This document shows positions 46,106 to 59,871 of a DNA stretch of 64,000 bases, piece after piece; positions within the stretch are counted from its first letter, which is position 1; each line of letters opens with the position of its first letter. This DNA comes from the human T2T-CHM13v2.0 reference genome, Homo sapiens, in assembly GCF_009914755.1 (NCBI RefSeq), contig NC_060928.1. One strand, written 5' to 3'. Below the pieces are notes generated by a model, which searched no databases, was not told the origin of the DNA, and saw only the letters and a program-made list of their open reading frames with translations. The translations under genes and the position numbers were made by a program.

Positions 46106-47050
46106 ATGGCAGATATGCTTGGCTGCCTACCTGTCAGGCCTCTGAGCCCAAGCCTGCAGGTACGCATTAAGATGGTCTGGAGCAACTGAGGAACCGCAGG
46201 AGAGGTGAAAATAGCCAGGTCCTGCCTTGACTGATGACATTCCACCATTGTGATTTGTTCCTGCCCCACCGTAACCGATCAATTGACCCTGTGACATTCC
46301 TTCTCCTGGACAATGAGTATCAGAAGCTCCCCACCGAGCACCCTGTAATCCCTGTCCCCGCCCGCAAGAGAAAAATCCCCTTTGACTGTAATTTTCCACT
46401 ACCCACCCAAATCCTATAAAACTGTCCCACCCCTATCTCCCTTTGCTGACTCCTTTTTTGGACTCAGTCCACCTGCACCCAGGTGACTAAAAAGCGTTAC
46501 TGCTCACACAAAGCCTGTTTGGTGGTCTCTTCACATGGATGCGCATGACACTACCCAACAGATAAAACTCCCATTCTTTCTTAATAACAAAATCACAATT
46601 TAGTTCTGAACTGGGTATCACATGATTAAGAGGCCAGTTCCCTCACCAGATCTACAGACTAAATTATTATTTGTCAATGCCAGTTGTAATTTCATTCCCT
46701 TAACAAATACCTGGTTTAGTGTGGGCTTGAGAAGCAGTTCTAATTAAGGAATCTTGAACAGATATCTTCTGAGAGGCTCTTGAGAAAGACTTCTCCATGA
46801 ATAAAAACTTATGCAATAGAATTTGGATTACCCTTTTTCTGCCTTTGGAAGTCACTGTGATAACTGAAAATGTGGTAGTCAATTTCAGACCATAGGGGAA
46901 CTCAAACATGAAGACAAACCCACATAATACTAAAAACAGACAGATGGAAAGAACGTGGTTTCTTAATGATATCATTGAAGTACTGAATTAACCAAACCTA
47001 GTATTAACCTACCTTCAAACTCATATCATGTGAAATAATTTTTTAAATCT
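46106..47050 (+). mobile_element. MLT1J-like LTR split by LTR7C
   Basis: tggcagatatgcttggctgcctacc|caacag...cccattctttcttaataacaaaatc rejoins across the LTR7C. Confidence 0.65.
46132..46550 (+). mobile_element. HERV-H solo LTR (LTR7C-like)
   Basis: TGtcaggcctctgagcccaagcc...cacacaaagcctgtttggtggtctcttcac...gaCA; TATAAA at 46415; 5-bp TSD CTACC at 46127-46131 and 46551-46555. Confidence 0.93.
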
Positions 47051-47119
47051 TTCCCAAAACTCTGTGGCATCAAATTAAAATGCTAGGCAGTAGTCCATTA
47101 TATGAATATACTATAATTA

Positions 47120-47440
47120 TGTAGCTATTTCTCTATAATTGGATCCTTAAGTTGGTTTCTTTCTTTTCTTTTCTCCCCCGTTATAAAGGATGATGCAATG
47201 AACATCTTTCAGCATAAAATTTTAACTGAATTTAGGGTATACTTTCCATGGACTTTGTTCTGAGGAGTAAAATTACTAAGTCAAATGATACAAACATTTT
47301 TTATTCCCTTTGATGAGCACAGTAGCACCAAATTGATTTCCAGAAAGTATGTTCTTATTAAACTCCTACCAACCATATGTGTGGCCTGTTTTACTATATC
47401 CCTGCCACTATATCCCTGCCAAGAGTCATTATTTTCCCTT
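47120..47440 (-). mobile_element. L1ME 3' fragment
   Basis: gatgcaatgaacatcttt...gagtaaaattactaagtcaaa...ccaaattgatttccagaaag. Confidence 0.6.
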
Positions 47441-47887
47441 CATTCTTGCTGACAGCGCCTCACTTTAAAAGTCTTGATTAGTTTAAATCAATTTTGGTAA
47501 TCCAAGTTTCTTCCTTGAGTCTTCTTTTTACTTTAAGATAATAAATTATACATACTCTTAAAAATTAAATGGAAAATTTTGCTTATGTCAAACATTTTTG
47601 TGCTACAAGGTAGAATTGAGAACCACTCATGACATCACAACGGACAATGCAAAGAGAAATAACTATTTCACTTAGGTTAAGGTTAATTCAAATTAAGGTT
47701 AAATTAAATTGTAAATAAAACAATGCTGAGTAGTATCCTCTTTTCAAAAGAATTAGAGTTGAATGTTACTTGAACATTAAAAAATATTGTAGCAGTCAGT
47801 AATTTGGACTGTACAGTGAGAAAAATCATTAATTCAAAACGGTCCTCAATTAGATTGCAAAAATAATGAATACAGAGTATATACTTA

Positions 47888-48028
<141 letters not shown>

Positions 48029-48089
48029 CTAGCTAGAAATGTTGGCATTACATTTTATTTTAGCCTTTGATACGTCCGTATCTTTTACA

Positions 48090-48285
48090 ACATAGCTTGA
48101 GTTCAGATAGAACTAAGGTTTGGGTACTGGTTCTGAAAACTGGTAACTATGTGATCTTAAAAAAAAACTGCTTAACTTGTAATGATATTAGTACCTATGC
48201 TTTATAAAATGGTTGAGATTAAATGAGATAAAAATCCACAAATTTTGAGGTGAATACTAAACAAATGTTAAGGATCATTATAATA
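48090..48285 (+). mobile_element. MIR
   Basis: aactatgtgatctt...atagttgagattaaatgagataa-like core. Confidence 0.6.
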
Positions 48286-48768
48286 TATATCCATATACTC
48301 AAAGTTACCAGGTTCTGGCAATTCTTTCACTTCCTTGCCACTCTCTTTGCTATCACCTTAGTCCAAGTCTTCACCAACTCATGCTTGGTCACTACAACAG
48401 ACAGTAAGAGGAATGATTCCAAGTCTAGGAAATGGTTTCCCTGTGTTCTCCCTTTTGTCCAAGAAGTTCTAGGTGGCACTCCCTGGCCAACCTGGCAAAA
48501 CACAGTTTTTGTTATGTTACTTATTTACTCAGGTCACCCAAATCCATTTACCAAGTCATTAGCCCAAAATGTACAGCTTGAACTTTTGCTAAAATAATTT
48601 ACTAGTTTCTCAAATTAATGCCACTTTAAAATTTTCAATGAGCCAGACTTTAACTGATAACTCTAAACTAAATCACACATGTAGAACTACAAACCGCTGT
48701 ATCTGCTATTTACTTGTTCATAAGCCCCACACCTTGTCCCAGTTATCCTTCATAGAGAGTGAATTCTT

Positions 48769-48967
48769 TTTTTTTTTGCTTATTTATTTTTATTTTTTAC
48801 TTTTATTTTAGCTTCAGGTGTACATGTGCAGGTCTGCCACATAAGTAAACTCATGTCACGGGGGTTGATGTACAGATTATTTTGTCCCCCAGGTACCAAG
48901 CCTAGTACCCAATAGTTATTCTTTCTGCTCCTCTCCCTTTTCCCACCTTCCAACCTCTGGTAGCCCC
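48769..48967 (-). mobile_element. 5'-truncated L1PA15/16-like 3' end
   Basis: tacatgtgcagg...aagcctagtacccaatagttatt; TSD agtgaattctt at 48758-48768 and 48968-48978. Confidence 0.9.
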
Positions 48968-49781
48968 AGTGAATTCTTCCTGTGTATCCAAATCACTTGA
49001 AGTGGTGGCTTGATCTTCACTGGGAGCAAAAGAAGGCAGGGAAAGCAACAAAGTTTTAGGACACAACTGCTTTTACAAAAGTCACCACAAAATAATAATG
49101 ATTTTCTACTACAACCTGTTATGTTTCCCATGCACTGATGACCACCACATGGAAAATGTGAATTTATAAGAACATTCAGGTTATCACACAAACTAAAATT
49201 ATTTATACAAGGAGACTGTAGTACTCATTCAATGCCCAGGCTCATAGACTTAACATAATCTCTGTGCTTTATCATCTAATTCCATCCCCTTTGGATCTCA
49301 TTCCTGGCCTCCTATTAAAATATTTTCTGAATCCCTCTCTAGATAGATTATAGTTTGTAAAATATGAATTTTCTATTGTTATTAACATGAGGAGGAGGCC
49401 TATACTGTAGGTGACTGGGAATGCAGCCAACAGTTCAGTCTCAGACCCTCTACTTAGCTCTTGAGTGCATGAAATGTAAGCACACTGCAGTCCCCGCTGC
49501 CCTGCCACGCTTATCTTACTTGTCACAGTGCCACCCTTGAGGTCATTCATGCAGCATATTTTATCTTTATTTACTACCTTTAATACCTTTCCCTTCTTCA
49601 GTATATAGTCTCGTCACCAATACTGCCCAACAGGAACCATATTTTATAAGTCTTGCATCCCACACAGAGATCTGGCACATAGTAGATGGTCTTTCATCAA
49701 ATTGTTTTTGAGCATTTACTATAGAAGGTTTTGGGATGGAAATTTTCACCAAAGATAGCTATATATATGTTATATATACAC

Positions 49782-49784
<3 letters not shown>

Positions 49785-49815
<31 letters not shown>
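49785..49815. repeat. (CA)n microsatellite
   Basis: About 15 CA units. Confidence 0.95.
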
Positions 49816-49817
<2 letters not shown>

Positions 49818-52600
49818 GTATATAAATAAAATAAGAAGATGGCTACATAAGCAATTCTTCCATCACTTTAATGGTGTGAAAGGTATTCTTCACGTTGCCA
49901 ATATCAGAGATGCCTGCTAGCCTTGCTTAAACTTATGCTGCTGAAGAATATAAAGAGTTTGGTTTGATGGTGCATCTTCTAATGATCATTTAGTACAATA
50001 AAGAAAGCTGGGCCATGGATGATAGCTCACTGGCTTCTTGAATGACACAGTTTCAGAGATATCTCACTTAGCAGCTATAATACAGTATGTATTCAAATGA
50101 ACTTAAATAATGGCATGGCTTCTTAAAGAACTCATAACAATTATTCTGGAAAATAAGATGGGTTCCCATGTTATCAAAGTTAAACTGAAAAGTAAAGTCT
50201 ACAATCTGACCAGGAGGAAATCACCATTACTTTCTTCCACTGTCTGAAGGTAAAAGCCTTAGGTGCAGGTGGGATCTCAGGTGTCCAGATCGAAGAGGTA
50301 TACAGCTGAACAGAGGAGAATATTTCAGGTACAACTGGAGAAGTAGCAATAATTTCTGTCTATCCTGGGAATAACATTTTCTTAAAATTATTTCCATTCA
50401 CTTATTAATACTAATTAATACTAAATATCATCATTCAGAAATCAATTATTTTTTGAACAAGTCAGGAGTTACTGTTCAGATGGAAACATGATAATCAAAC
50501 ACATGATACAAAAGCACTTAACCAGCTAACATGTGATAAGGGTTTGAGACAAATCATTCAGCCAAGTTTACTTCTTTTGCATCACACAATTCCAAAATAA
50601 TCTCTAATATGTCTAACCAGCCATTTGACCATGCGAGATTATGAATAAATGTGTTATTCATATCACATATTCAGCATCATATTTACTTGGGATTAATATA
50701 TACATATTTCCTTCCTTCCTTTATTCCTTCCTTCCTATGTCCCACCCTACTTCCTTCCACTCTCTTATTTTAAATAATGAACTGAAAAAACAGAATTATA
50801 AGAAATTGTCATGATTTTTACTTACTATATTAACAAAAGTAGATACTATAGTCTTCACAGAGACATTCCACATGTTCACAATTACTGTGAGGATGGGTTT
50901 GTTTCCTTTAAAAATGTTTAACTCTTCAACTATTATTCTCAGAGTTGATGGTATGTCTAAACGGTCTGGAAGATAGTGTTTTAGTTGTAGACATCATCTA
51001 TTTCTCTTCAAGCCTTTTCTGTTGGTCAAAAGTATCCTTCATTTCCTATTCTTTTTTTCCTTTTTAACAGTTTCTCAAGGATTGAAAATCATGTTTACTT
51101 TTACAAAATGTTACATTAATTATTCCCTATAAATAACTGTCAATTCATTTTCACACCAAAGGAATAACACAACATTCTGTTCATCACAGCTGTTAGCTCA
51201 AGACTGACGGCATGGCTGGCCTTGACAGCACTGCAGATGCTGCATTTTGAAGCATACTGCACCTCGTTCTTTCTATGACTGCTCTGTTATTGCCATAAGC
51301 TGCACATATGAGTGGACGCAATTAGCCTAATTACAGTTGTCCCTATGACGTTTTTAGAGAGAAATTTTAAAAAAGAGAATGAGAAAAACATTTGAGAAAA
51401 CAGGTTATAATACATTTTGGCAGTCATTCTTTTTGAAGTTTGCTCAAAGGTAAAATTACGTGTATGAATAAATGAATTTTCACAACCTGAAACAGCACAA
51501 CAGTTCTCATCAAATTTTAAATTCTGGAACTTTAAGTATGGAATTTATAAGGGGGATAAAAGTGCTTCTGAGGCTAAAAATAGTTCCAAAGGTTAGCTGA
51601 CCCATGGCCTAATTCTTTTCCTTTCTCTCCTGCATGTATTATCACATTTGAATGATTGCAGGATCGCTGCTTTCTCTTCCTGTTCTGTGTTCTTGCATTA
51701 TTCCATTGCAGTTTCTAGCTAAATATTAGCTCCATAAAGAAGGGGTCAAATAGACCATGGTCCTTGTATGATCTGAGAAATTTTAATTAAATATGATAGA
51801 AGTTTTCTATTTAATTCCTCATTTCACTTAAGGGGTTAAAAGATATAATAAAACTTATGTTCTTACTGTCAGGCACAATGCAAATAATTTTTGCAAGAGT
51901 TATATTATTTAATATATGCAAGCACCACAAGGACATTTTGCCATAAGCTTTTACAAATGAATGTTCACAGGCTTAGAGGTATGGAGGAAACTTCCAGGTT
52001 AACAGCAAGTAATTGGCCTGGCTAGGACCAAAATGTAGAGTTGGATGATTCCAAAGACCTTGTTCTTACTGAGAATACTACGTGGGCTCCCTGAAACCTT
52101 TCTGTGAACAAACTACTTGCCAAATACCTGGTGGGATATGAACTGGTTTGTCAGGGTAAAATAATATTCAAAAAAAATTCAAAAGAGAAGAAATAAAAAA
52201 ATTATTATGGTGACTAGAGAAAGAAAAGTAGTAACAAGTACGTAACAGACAATTTCCACAGAAAAAGAAAACCATTTTGACTGTAGGTTTAAAATGTGAT
52301 GCTATAATTTTGAGGGTACAGAGGTAGCTAGATGATGTCTAGGATACAAAGCCACATTTGTCTCTCTATACAGTTCCTAAAGCCCCAGAAAATTGTTATT
52401 TTTCCACTTCAAATTAAGAATATGAGAATTGCCAGTGACTCAGCTATTTTATCTGATAGAACATTTAATGTACCAAAAATGCTAGCAAGTTGAAGAATCT
52501 GAAAGCTTACCCAACATACAAAATATCATAAATTTAAATCATTTTCATTTCCAAAAATTAACTTTCACATCATGGACATTATGATAACATGGACAAAAAG

Positions 52601-52649
52601 GTGTGTATGTGTGTGTGTGCGAGAGAGAGCGAGCGAGAGAGAGAGAGAG
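52601..52649. repeat. Compound (TG)n(GA)n microsatellite
   Basis: gtgtgtatgtgtgtgtgtgcgagagagagcgagcgagagagagagagag. Confidence 0.9.
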
Positions 52650-53046
52650 GAAGTGGAAATGAATGGGCAAGGGAGAAGAGGGAAAAGAGTAGGAAAATTA
52701 AACTCCAAGTAGAAACTGTGTCAACAGTGATTAGGTACACCTTATCCATTTTGATGACACATGTTAGAAACACTTCTGTCAAAAGAAAAGGAATATATTA
52801 TTTTATTGAGACTTAATATCTTTCCTAAAAGGCTGACAGGATACAAAGTCAATGTTTTCTATTTCAGTACTACTTCTTTCCTCCTCCATTTCTTAACAGT
52901 ACCCCCCACACAAAATAAAACCAAGGTTGTTAATTATAATTTTATGAAATTATTTATATAAAATATTATTTGGTTCAAATTATACTGATTCTTACTCTGC
53001 CATACAACCCAAACTCACTATCTGTTCCTCTTCACTAAAATTTATT

Positions 53047-53506
53047 ATGGAGAGGAGGCAGTCAATTACATTGGTGGACCCCAGTGGACTATGTCTATCA
53101 TTATTCATGTCCTTGTGCAGTCCCCTCCCACATTACCTCTGGGCTTGGCTATGTGATTTGCTTTGAGTGAGTAGCATGTGTGATGCAAGCAAAACCTTAA
53201 TATGTTTTCTACATTGGAGCTGTAATCTTGGAAACCACTTGCTGTGCTAAAAGAAAAGATCAGGTTCGATTGGAAGACAAGAGGCCACATGAAGAGAAAC
53301 CTCTGAGGATAAGAGATAATTCTGACATTCTATTACTAGCAGAGGTCATAGCTGAACGAAACTGCATGAATGACCTCAGCTACAGTAGAGCACCCAACTG
53401 ACTGAATCCAGTCAACTCATAGAATTATCACAAATAATAAACTGATGTTATTTTAAGCCATTAAATCTGGGATGGGGATTGTTACCTAACAATAGATAAA
53501 TAAACA
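53047..53506 (+). mobile_element. MLT1F/G/H-like LTR
   Basis: ccttgtgcagtcccctcccacatt...gggcttggctatgtgatttgcttt...ttttaagccattaa...aatagataaataaaca. Confidence 0.75.
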
Positions 53507-55922
53507 GAAAAGACTTAATCTGAAATGTGTGATTGACCACATTGTCCTCAAATACGTTTTTCAATATCATAAGCAAATTTAGCAGAAAAAAAGAATGAGT
53601 CTGACCTCAGAAAGTAAGAAAGAATTAGTAAAAATTCTAAAACTGAGCATGGTAGGGCAATGCTGCCAATATTATCATGATACTAATAGAGTAATTCATA
53701 CAGAACAGATTGTATTATATCCTCATAATCATTGTTTGTCAGCTCTGAGTAATAGTCCTGGTTATTAATGAGGCAGAATTTGCATTTTTAGCTTTGCTGT
53801 GTTTCAAAGATTGAGGTAGTTGGATTTGGTTCACATACTGGGATGCAAAAATGGCAGCTTGTAAGTCAGATCCTTTTTATATTCCCATCAGTAGTTAATT
53901 ATAATTCATAGCTAAAACAAGCACTAGCCAAGTTAGGCCATCTAACACGCCAAGTCTACCCCAAAAGAGGGAAGCCAACATTAAGTTCATTTGTAAATTA
54001 AAAATAATAAATATATACATATATGTATTAATTTTATATCTACATACACTTTTTTCAATATTACATTAAAAATGTAAAAACACACACACTAGTATTAGAA
54101 CATTTTAACAGTCAAATTACACTCTCTGGAGAGAAATTTCAGCTCAACCATTATTCTCCTGGCTTTATTTATGACAAAGCTGCTCACTTCTAGAGAGAAA
54201 ACTTTTCAAATAGAAAACACAAAAGCACTGAAAACTAAGTTCAAAATCAAACTAACACTTCTAGAAAAGTGAAGCCAAATCTCTCTATGTGGTTTTTTAA
54301 AAAGTATTTCCTATAACACAAGTAATACAGTTAATAAAATGACACCATTTGATTTTCATTTTCCCAGTATAAAATATATTAACTTGAGTACATTAGAAAA
54401 AATATATGCTGTTTTTTTGAAATAGAGATGTTCATTTTTAAAACACTGAATAGAAATATAGACAGGTATAGATACATATTAATTTTTATGTTGTTATTAA
54501 GGTCAAGAGTCCTACATAGCATTTATACTTTGTCTTTTTTTACTTGTTTTAACATGAAACTTTAACATTTGAGCATAAAAAATTGGGAGTTTGATTAGCT
54601 GGCTAAGGCAAACAAATGAAGTGGTCAGGCTTAGAAGCCACAATCTGTTCTAATTTTAGCTATTTGAACACATAAAGTTACATAAGGGATATGTATTTTT
54701 GAAAAACTATTTAGCAATATGCCCCATTTATAAATGCCAAATAAGTAATTATTCATCACTCAAAAGTTAAAATTAATTTCTATATCAGAAATTGAAAAAT
54801 TATAGTAAAATTTCAGATATTCTTCCTGTAATGACAAAAAATCTACCTTGTAAACTTAATATCAACTAAAATTAAATTATATTTCAAAGCAATTGACTGC
54901 TTACACTTAATAGGAATGAAAATTAACTTTTTAAAATAATCAAATGTAATTATTATATGAAAACTTCATAGGGAATGCCATCCATATTACTTTAAAAACT
55001 ATTCTAAAAGTACACAAAGAAAGTTACTGGATCCCAAGATAAGTCCTGAAGGTCAAAGCATATCAACTCTGGTGACTATGGTCTCCATCCTTATTCCCAA
55101 ATCCTCACCCCACTCCTGATTCAAGATTAAAAGCCAAGTTTAGATTATCTTCAATATCTACAGGATCAGATTAGTATAATAGCATTCAGTACTGACTAGA
55201 AGAAATCATTATGCCTTTTATAAGCCAGCACTAATTAGAAGCCTAGATAATCCAACTGGGTTTCTGATGGGTCAAAATAGTTATTACCTGGGAGAATTTC
55301 AACCTGGGAAGAAATTAGAAAGTGGGAGATATGATCAGTAACTGTTGACTGTATGGGTATCAGCCACATCTATCACATGACACTACAAACAGCATGAAAG
55401 AACAATCAGTTCTTTTGCTTGAAAGAAAAACGTCATCAATGGCTAAATATAGAAGCTCAGAGAAGACTAAAACAATATAAAAGTAAATAGGTAATTCATG
55501 TAATACTCTGTCCTGCTCATTTTTAATAAAAACATAAATTTAAGGGTAAAGTAAATAATAGATTTAGTAATATCTGGAAACATTCTTTGTTTTCTTTGAA
55601 AAATAATTTGAGATTATCCTGTTGTATATTTTAATTGAATAATTCCATTCTGCTTATTTTGTTTTCTAAAAAGGTAATTTCATTTCTTGGAAAAGTTGAT
55701 ACTCATTTCAAGAGTATTGAAACAATAGTCATTTATATAGAAAAATCTTCCTTCCCTCTTTAAATTTTGCATTAATATCATTTGTTTTATGAATTTTGAT
55801 TGGTGATTCCAACTTTCCTTTCTTCTTGCCTTATGTTTTTGTTATTCTATCTTCCACTATGTATTGCAAGTTAGTCAGTGATCTCTCATCAATATCCTTA
55901 GCCATTAGGAATATTAAAAAAG

Positions 55923-56222
55923 GGCTGGGTGCGGTGACTTACGCCTGTAATCCCAGTATTTTGGGAGGCTGAGGCAGGCAGATCACTTGAGGTCAGGAGT
56001 TTGAGACCAGCCTGGGCAACATGGTGAGACCCTGTCTCTATTACAAAAAATTAGCTGGGTGTGGTCACCCATGCCTGTAGTCCTAGCTACTCATGAGGCT
56101 GAGGCAGGAGAATCGCTTGAACCAGGGCAGCGGAGGTTGTGGTGAGCTGAGAAATCGCCACTGTACTCCAGACTGAGCAACAGAGTGATACCCTGTCTTA
56201 AAAAAAAAAAAAAATCAAAAAA
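55923..56222 (+). mobile_element. Alu (Sz/Jb-like), full length
   Basis: Dimeric Alu with poly(A). Confidence 0.92.
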
Positions 56223-56401
56223 GAAGAGAGACATCTGTCGTGGTCTATCTTACTGTACTCTCTGAACCTTATCAGAAATTTTGATGATTATGGGAGAAGT
56301 AAGGGAAGACAGACAATATATGGGAAAAGCAAAGGTATTCCTGAGAAGGCACATCCCTTGCTGATGAAGAGTTGTTACTTCTGTAAGGAAAAACAGAACA
56401 A

Positions 56402-56535
56402 TTTTTTTTGTTCTTAATTTGAAATGGGGTCTTGCTATGTTGCTGAGGCTGGCCTCTTGAATGCCTGGTTCAAGCAATCCTCCTACCTCAGCCTCCAGAA
56501 TAGCTGGGATTACACAAACACCACCATTCCTGGCT
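56402..56535 (-). mobile_element. FLAM_A-like Alu monomer
   Basis: ggggtcttgctatgttgctgaggctgg...caccaccattcctggct; TSD aacaattttt. Confidence 0.8.
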
Positions 56536-57759
56536 AGAAGAAACAATTTTTAAAGGAGATAAAAAATAACAAGAATAAAATCAAACATGGTGAAGTATAT
56601 TTCACATTAAAGGTAACTATTGCTTTGTGAAACTTTTGCTTGGGTCATACACACACACTCACACAACACACAGACACACACACATATATATATATAAAAT
56701 ATACACTGGGCCATGATATAAAACATTTTTTATACTCTAGCTCACAGTAAGTAATACTTGATAAGCACTGGATTAGATGATCCTTTAAGAAGATCCTATA
56801 AGATCCTTTCTAAGTTTTTACATTTCTACATTCCTGGATGAATATGGCTAATAAATAGTATAGGAAATAAACAATACAGTAATTACCAATACAAAGCTGA
56901 ATATGATTCTCTAAGTGTAAGAGTTTTCTCTCTTCAACACTCTCGAGTTAAAGTTTAAAACATACTTCATTTTATTTTGGAATTGTTTTTAATGAATAAC
57001 TAGAGAGAAAACATAGAACATTTATCTTGCCAAACCAAAAATATGCTCTTCAAAAAATTAACCGAGCAGATGAGCTGCTTTTATAACACTAGCCCCTGGA
57101 GAATAGTAAATGGAAAATCTTATTAGATCATCTTCTCTTTGTAACTTACTACCATATTATCTTAACACTTGCAACTGTATTTTCCCTAGAGACTCATTAG
57201 CCCAAATGCTCTCATCTTTCAATTCCTTTTTTGAAAATTCATTTATTGCATTTTTCCAAAGTTGATATGTCCTATAAGCAGGAAATCTGTGAGTTTAAAA
57301 TCCTAATACATGTTAAGAAATGCAATATAACTGGCTTGTAGACATATTGTACTATAATATTATATTATCCAATAACATTTGCCTCTATATATCTATTTTT
57401 ATGATGAAAGCACTTAAAATATCAGTTTATTTCTCCTGGATAATACATGCAAAAGAAGTACATGAAAAATACATTCTGTAATCTTAGGCTCACAATCTGG
57501 GAAAAACATGGGAGTTATTTATGAACTTGCTCATGAATTAGATGCCATGGGAATAATGAAGAATACTAGTAAATATAGCTGCAGGCACCAGTCTGCATCT
57601 ATCAGGCACCTAATATATTTTTATCTAAGCCTTCGAGAGAACAGTTAGTTCAGCCTAGGTCAATGATGTTTCTAAAGTAAAGAATAATTATCTATTTATC
57701 ATGAAATCAAGGAAGTTATAATGAATGTCAGACATCTCAAACGTGTGGTGCATTTGCTT

Positions 57760-58412
57760 GTTTCACTTATCTCATAGACATCTCAAACCAAACAAGCTCA
57801 AAGAACTCGTGATCGTCCCCCTAAAACCTGCTTCATCCATGGTCTTCCATCTTTCCAGTTGCTCATAAAAACCCCAAGGTAATTCTTGACCCTTTCTGTG
57901 AAAGCAAAATCTAATCTGAAAGCAAATCCTTCTAAATATAATAGGGTGAGATGGAATATACATACATATATAGAAAATCTGACCACTTTTCATCTCCTCT
58001 ACTGTTACAAGCCTGATCTATGGCAAGTCCAGTAGCCTCCTATCTCATTTCTGTGTTTCTACCCTGCCCTCTCACTGTCTTTACCACAGCAGCCAGAACA
58101 ATCCTGTTAAAACTTAAATCTGATTATTGTCCTTAGGTTCAGAATCCTCCAATGGCTCTCCACTTACTGTCTCTGAGTAAGAGCCCAAATTCCATTCATG
58201 GCCTAAAAGGTCCCTCGCTCCACCCTCATTATCCCCCTAACCTCTCCTACTACTCATCCCTGGCCCATTGCACTCCAACTTCATTGGCATCCTTGCTGCT
58301 TCTGGAGAACTCCAGGCAAGCTCCTGTCTCAGAGCCTTTGCACTTGATGTTTCCTCTGCCTGGAATTATTTCCCCGATATTCACATGGCTCATGGCCTCA
58401 TCTGTTTTAAGT
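57760..58412 (+). mobile_element. L2a
   Basis: agacatctcaaacc...ccacagcagccagaacaatcctgttaaaacttaaatctgatt...gagcctttgcacttgatgtttcctctgcctggaat. Confidence 0.8.
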
Positions 58413-58416
58413 CCCT

Positions 58417-58605
58417 AAGCAGCTTTTCAGAGTATTCATTTTTGTAAATACAGATTTTTTTTTGGAACATAGCCACATCAATTTGTTTACGTATTATCCA
58501 TGTTGGTATAAAGCTAGGATTTCATTGTTTAATAATTGCAACTAAGACATGTCCAGAAAACTGAAAATACAAACCCCTTTACAGAAAAAGTCTGTTGACC
58601 GCTGG
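58417..58605 (+). mobile_element. MER58A-like hAT MITE
   Basis: ggaacatagccacatcaatttgtttacgtatt...ccctttacagaaaaagtctgttgaccgctg. Confidence 0.7.
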
Positions 58606-59209
58606 AGTAGAGGGTAAGATTGCTGAAAGAGAGAATATAGGTGCTGAGAGGCCGGAGTTTGGCATGCATAATCTATGTGGCTAAGTAAAGCCATGAAGAA
58701 TGATGGCAGAAGTGGAAAGGAGAGAACGTAGTAAGTCAGTTACTATATAATACAACAAATGATGGGAATCACCAAGAGAATGATAGAAAACTGCTGCACT
58801 AAGAATGTAGGATGTTATAATCTAAAAATGTGTTTCTCAAAGATAGGGTTGGGTAAGGATGGAGGTAGGGGATATTGAAGGAGGAGGTGTTAACTATGGT
58901 CTTATAAAAGCAGTGAAGAGCGAGAAAACATCTGTCCATCCCTTGGTTCTGTGGTGTGTAGAGGCCCAAGAAAACAGCCAACACCTCCAGGTGCTGCAGA
59001 TAAAGCAGCTCACTCGAGAGTCAGACTGCAGTCAGCACAACAATAAATGAACAGAGATTATTAGAGAACAGGGGGCAGTTTGCAAATATTATGATACTAG
59101 ACTTATTATTGTACAATTAAAGGGAAAAAGAAAACTAATGAAAAGTGTGAAAAGTTGGCAACTTTCTCACAGTCTAGGCATTAACCAAACAGTTATTCAA
59201 ATTGCTTAA

Positions 59210-59536
<327 letters not shown>

Positions 59537-59667
59537 ACTTCTATGAGCGATATTTTTAAGTAAATTATATTTTTAAGAACCAAATTTAAGAAATATAATT
59601 TTTGGTATTTTATTACTATTATATTTCCAAAGGTTCTAAATCTTATTAAAGTGTGATTGTGATTTTA

Positions 59668-59871
59668 CATATTTTTTATTTTTTGGAGACAGAGTCTTGC
59701 TCTGTTACCCAGGCTGGAGTGCAGTGGTGTGGTCAAGGCTCACTGCAGACTCCAACTCCTGGGCTCAAGTCATCTTCCCATCTCAGCCTTCCAGTTACTA
59801 GAGGCACACACCACCACACCTGGATAATTTTTTGTTTTTGTAGAGACGAGGTCTCACTACGTTGTCTTGGC
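59668..59871 (-). mobile_element. 5'-truncated AluJ
   Basis: Right arm plus linker; TSD ttgtgatttta on both sides. Confidence 0.88.

Noticed and set aside
47393-47420. Perfect 14-bp tandem duplication actatatccctgcc (similar short duplications near 28690 and 29699)
   Set aside because: Ordinary slippage duplications with no functional signal.
50231-50364. Minus-strand exon-like segment (ttattcccag|GAT...AAA|gtaatg)
   Set aside because: Weak donor, 134 nt, no CaMKII similarity in any frame.
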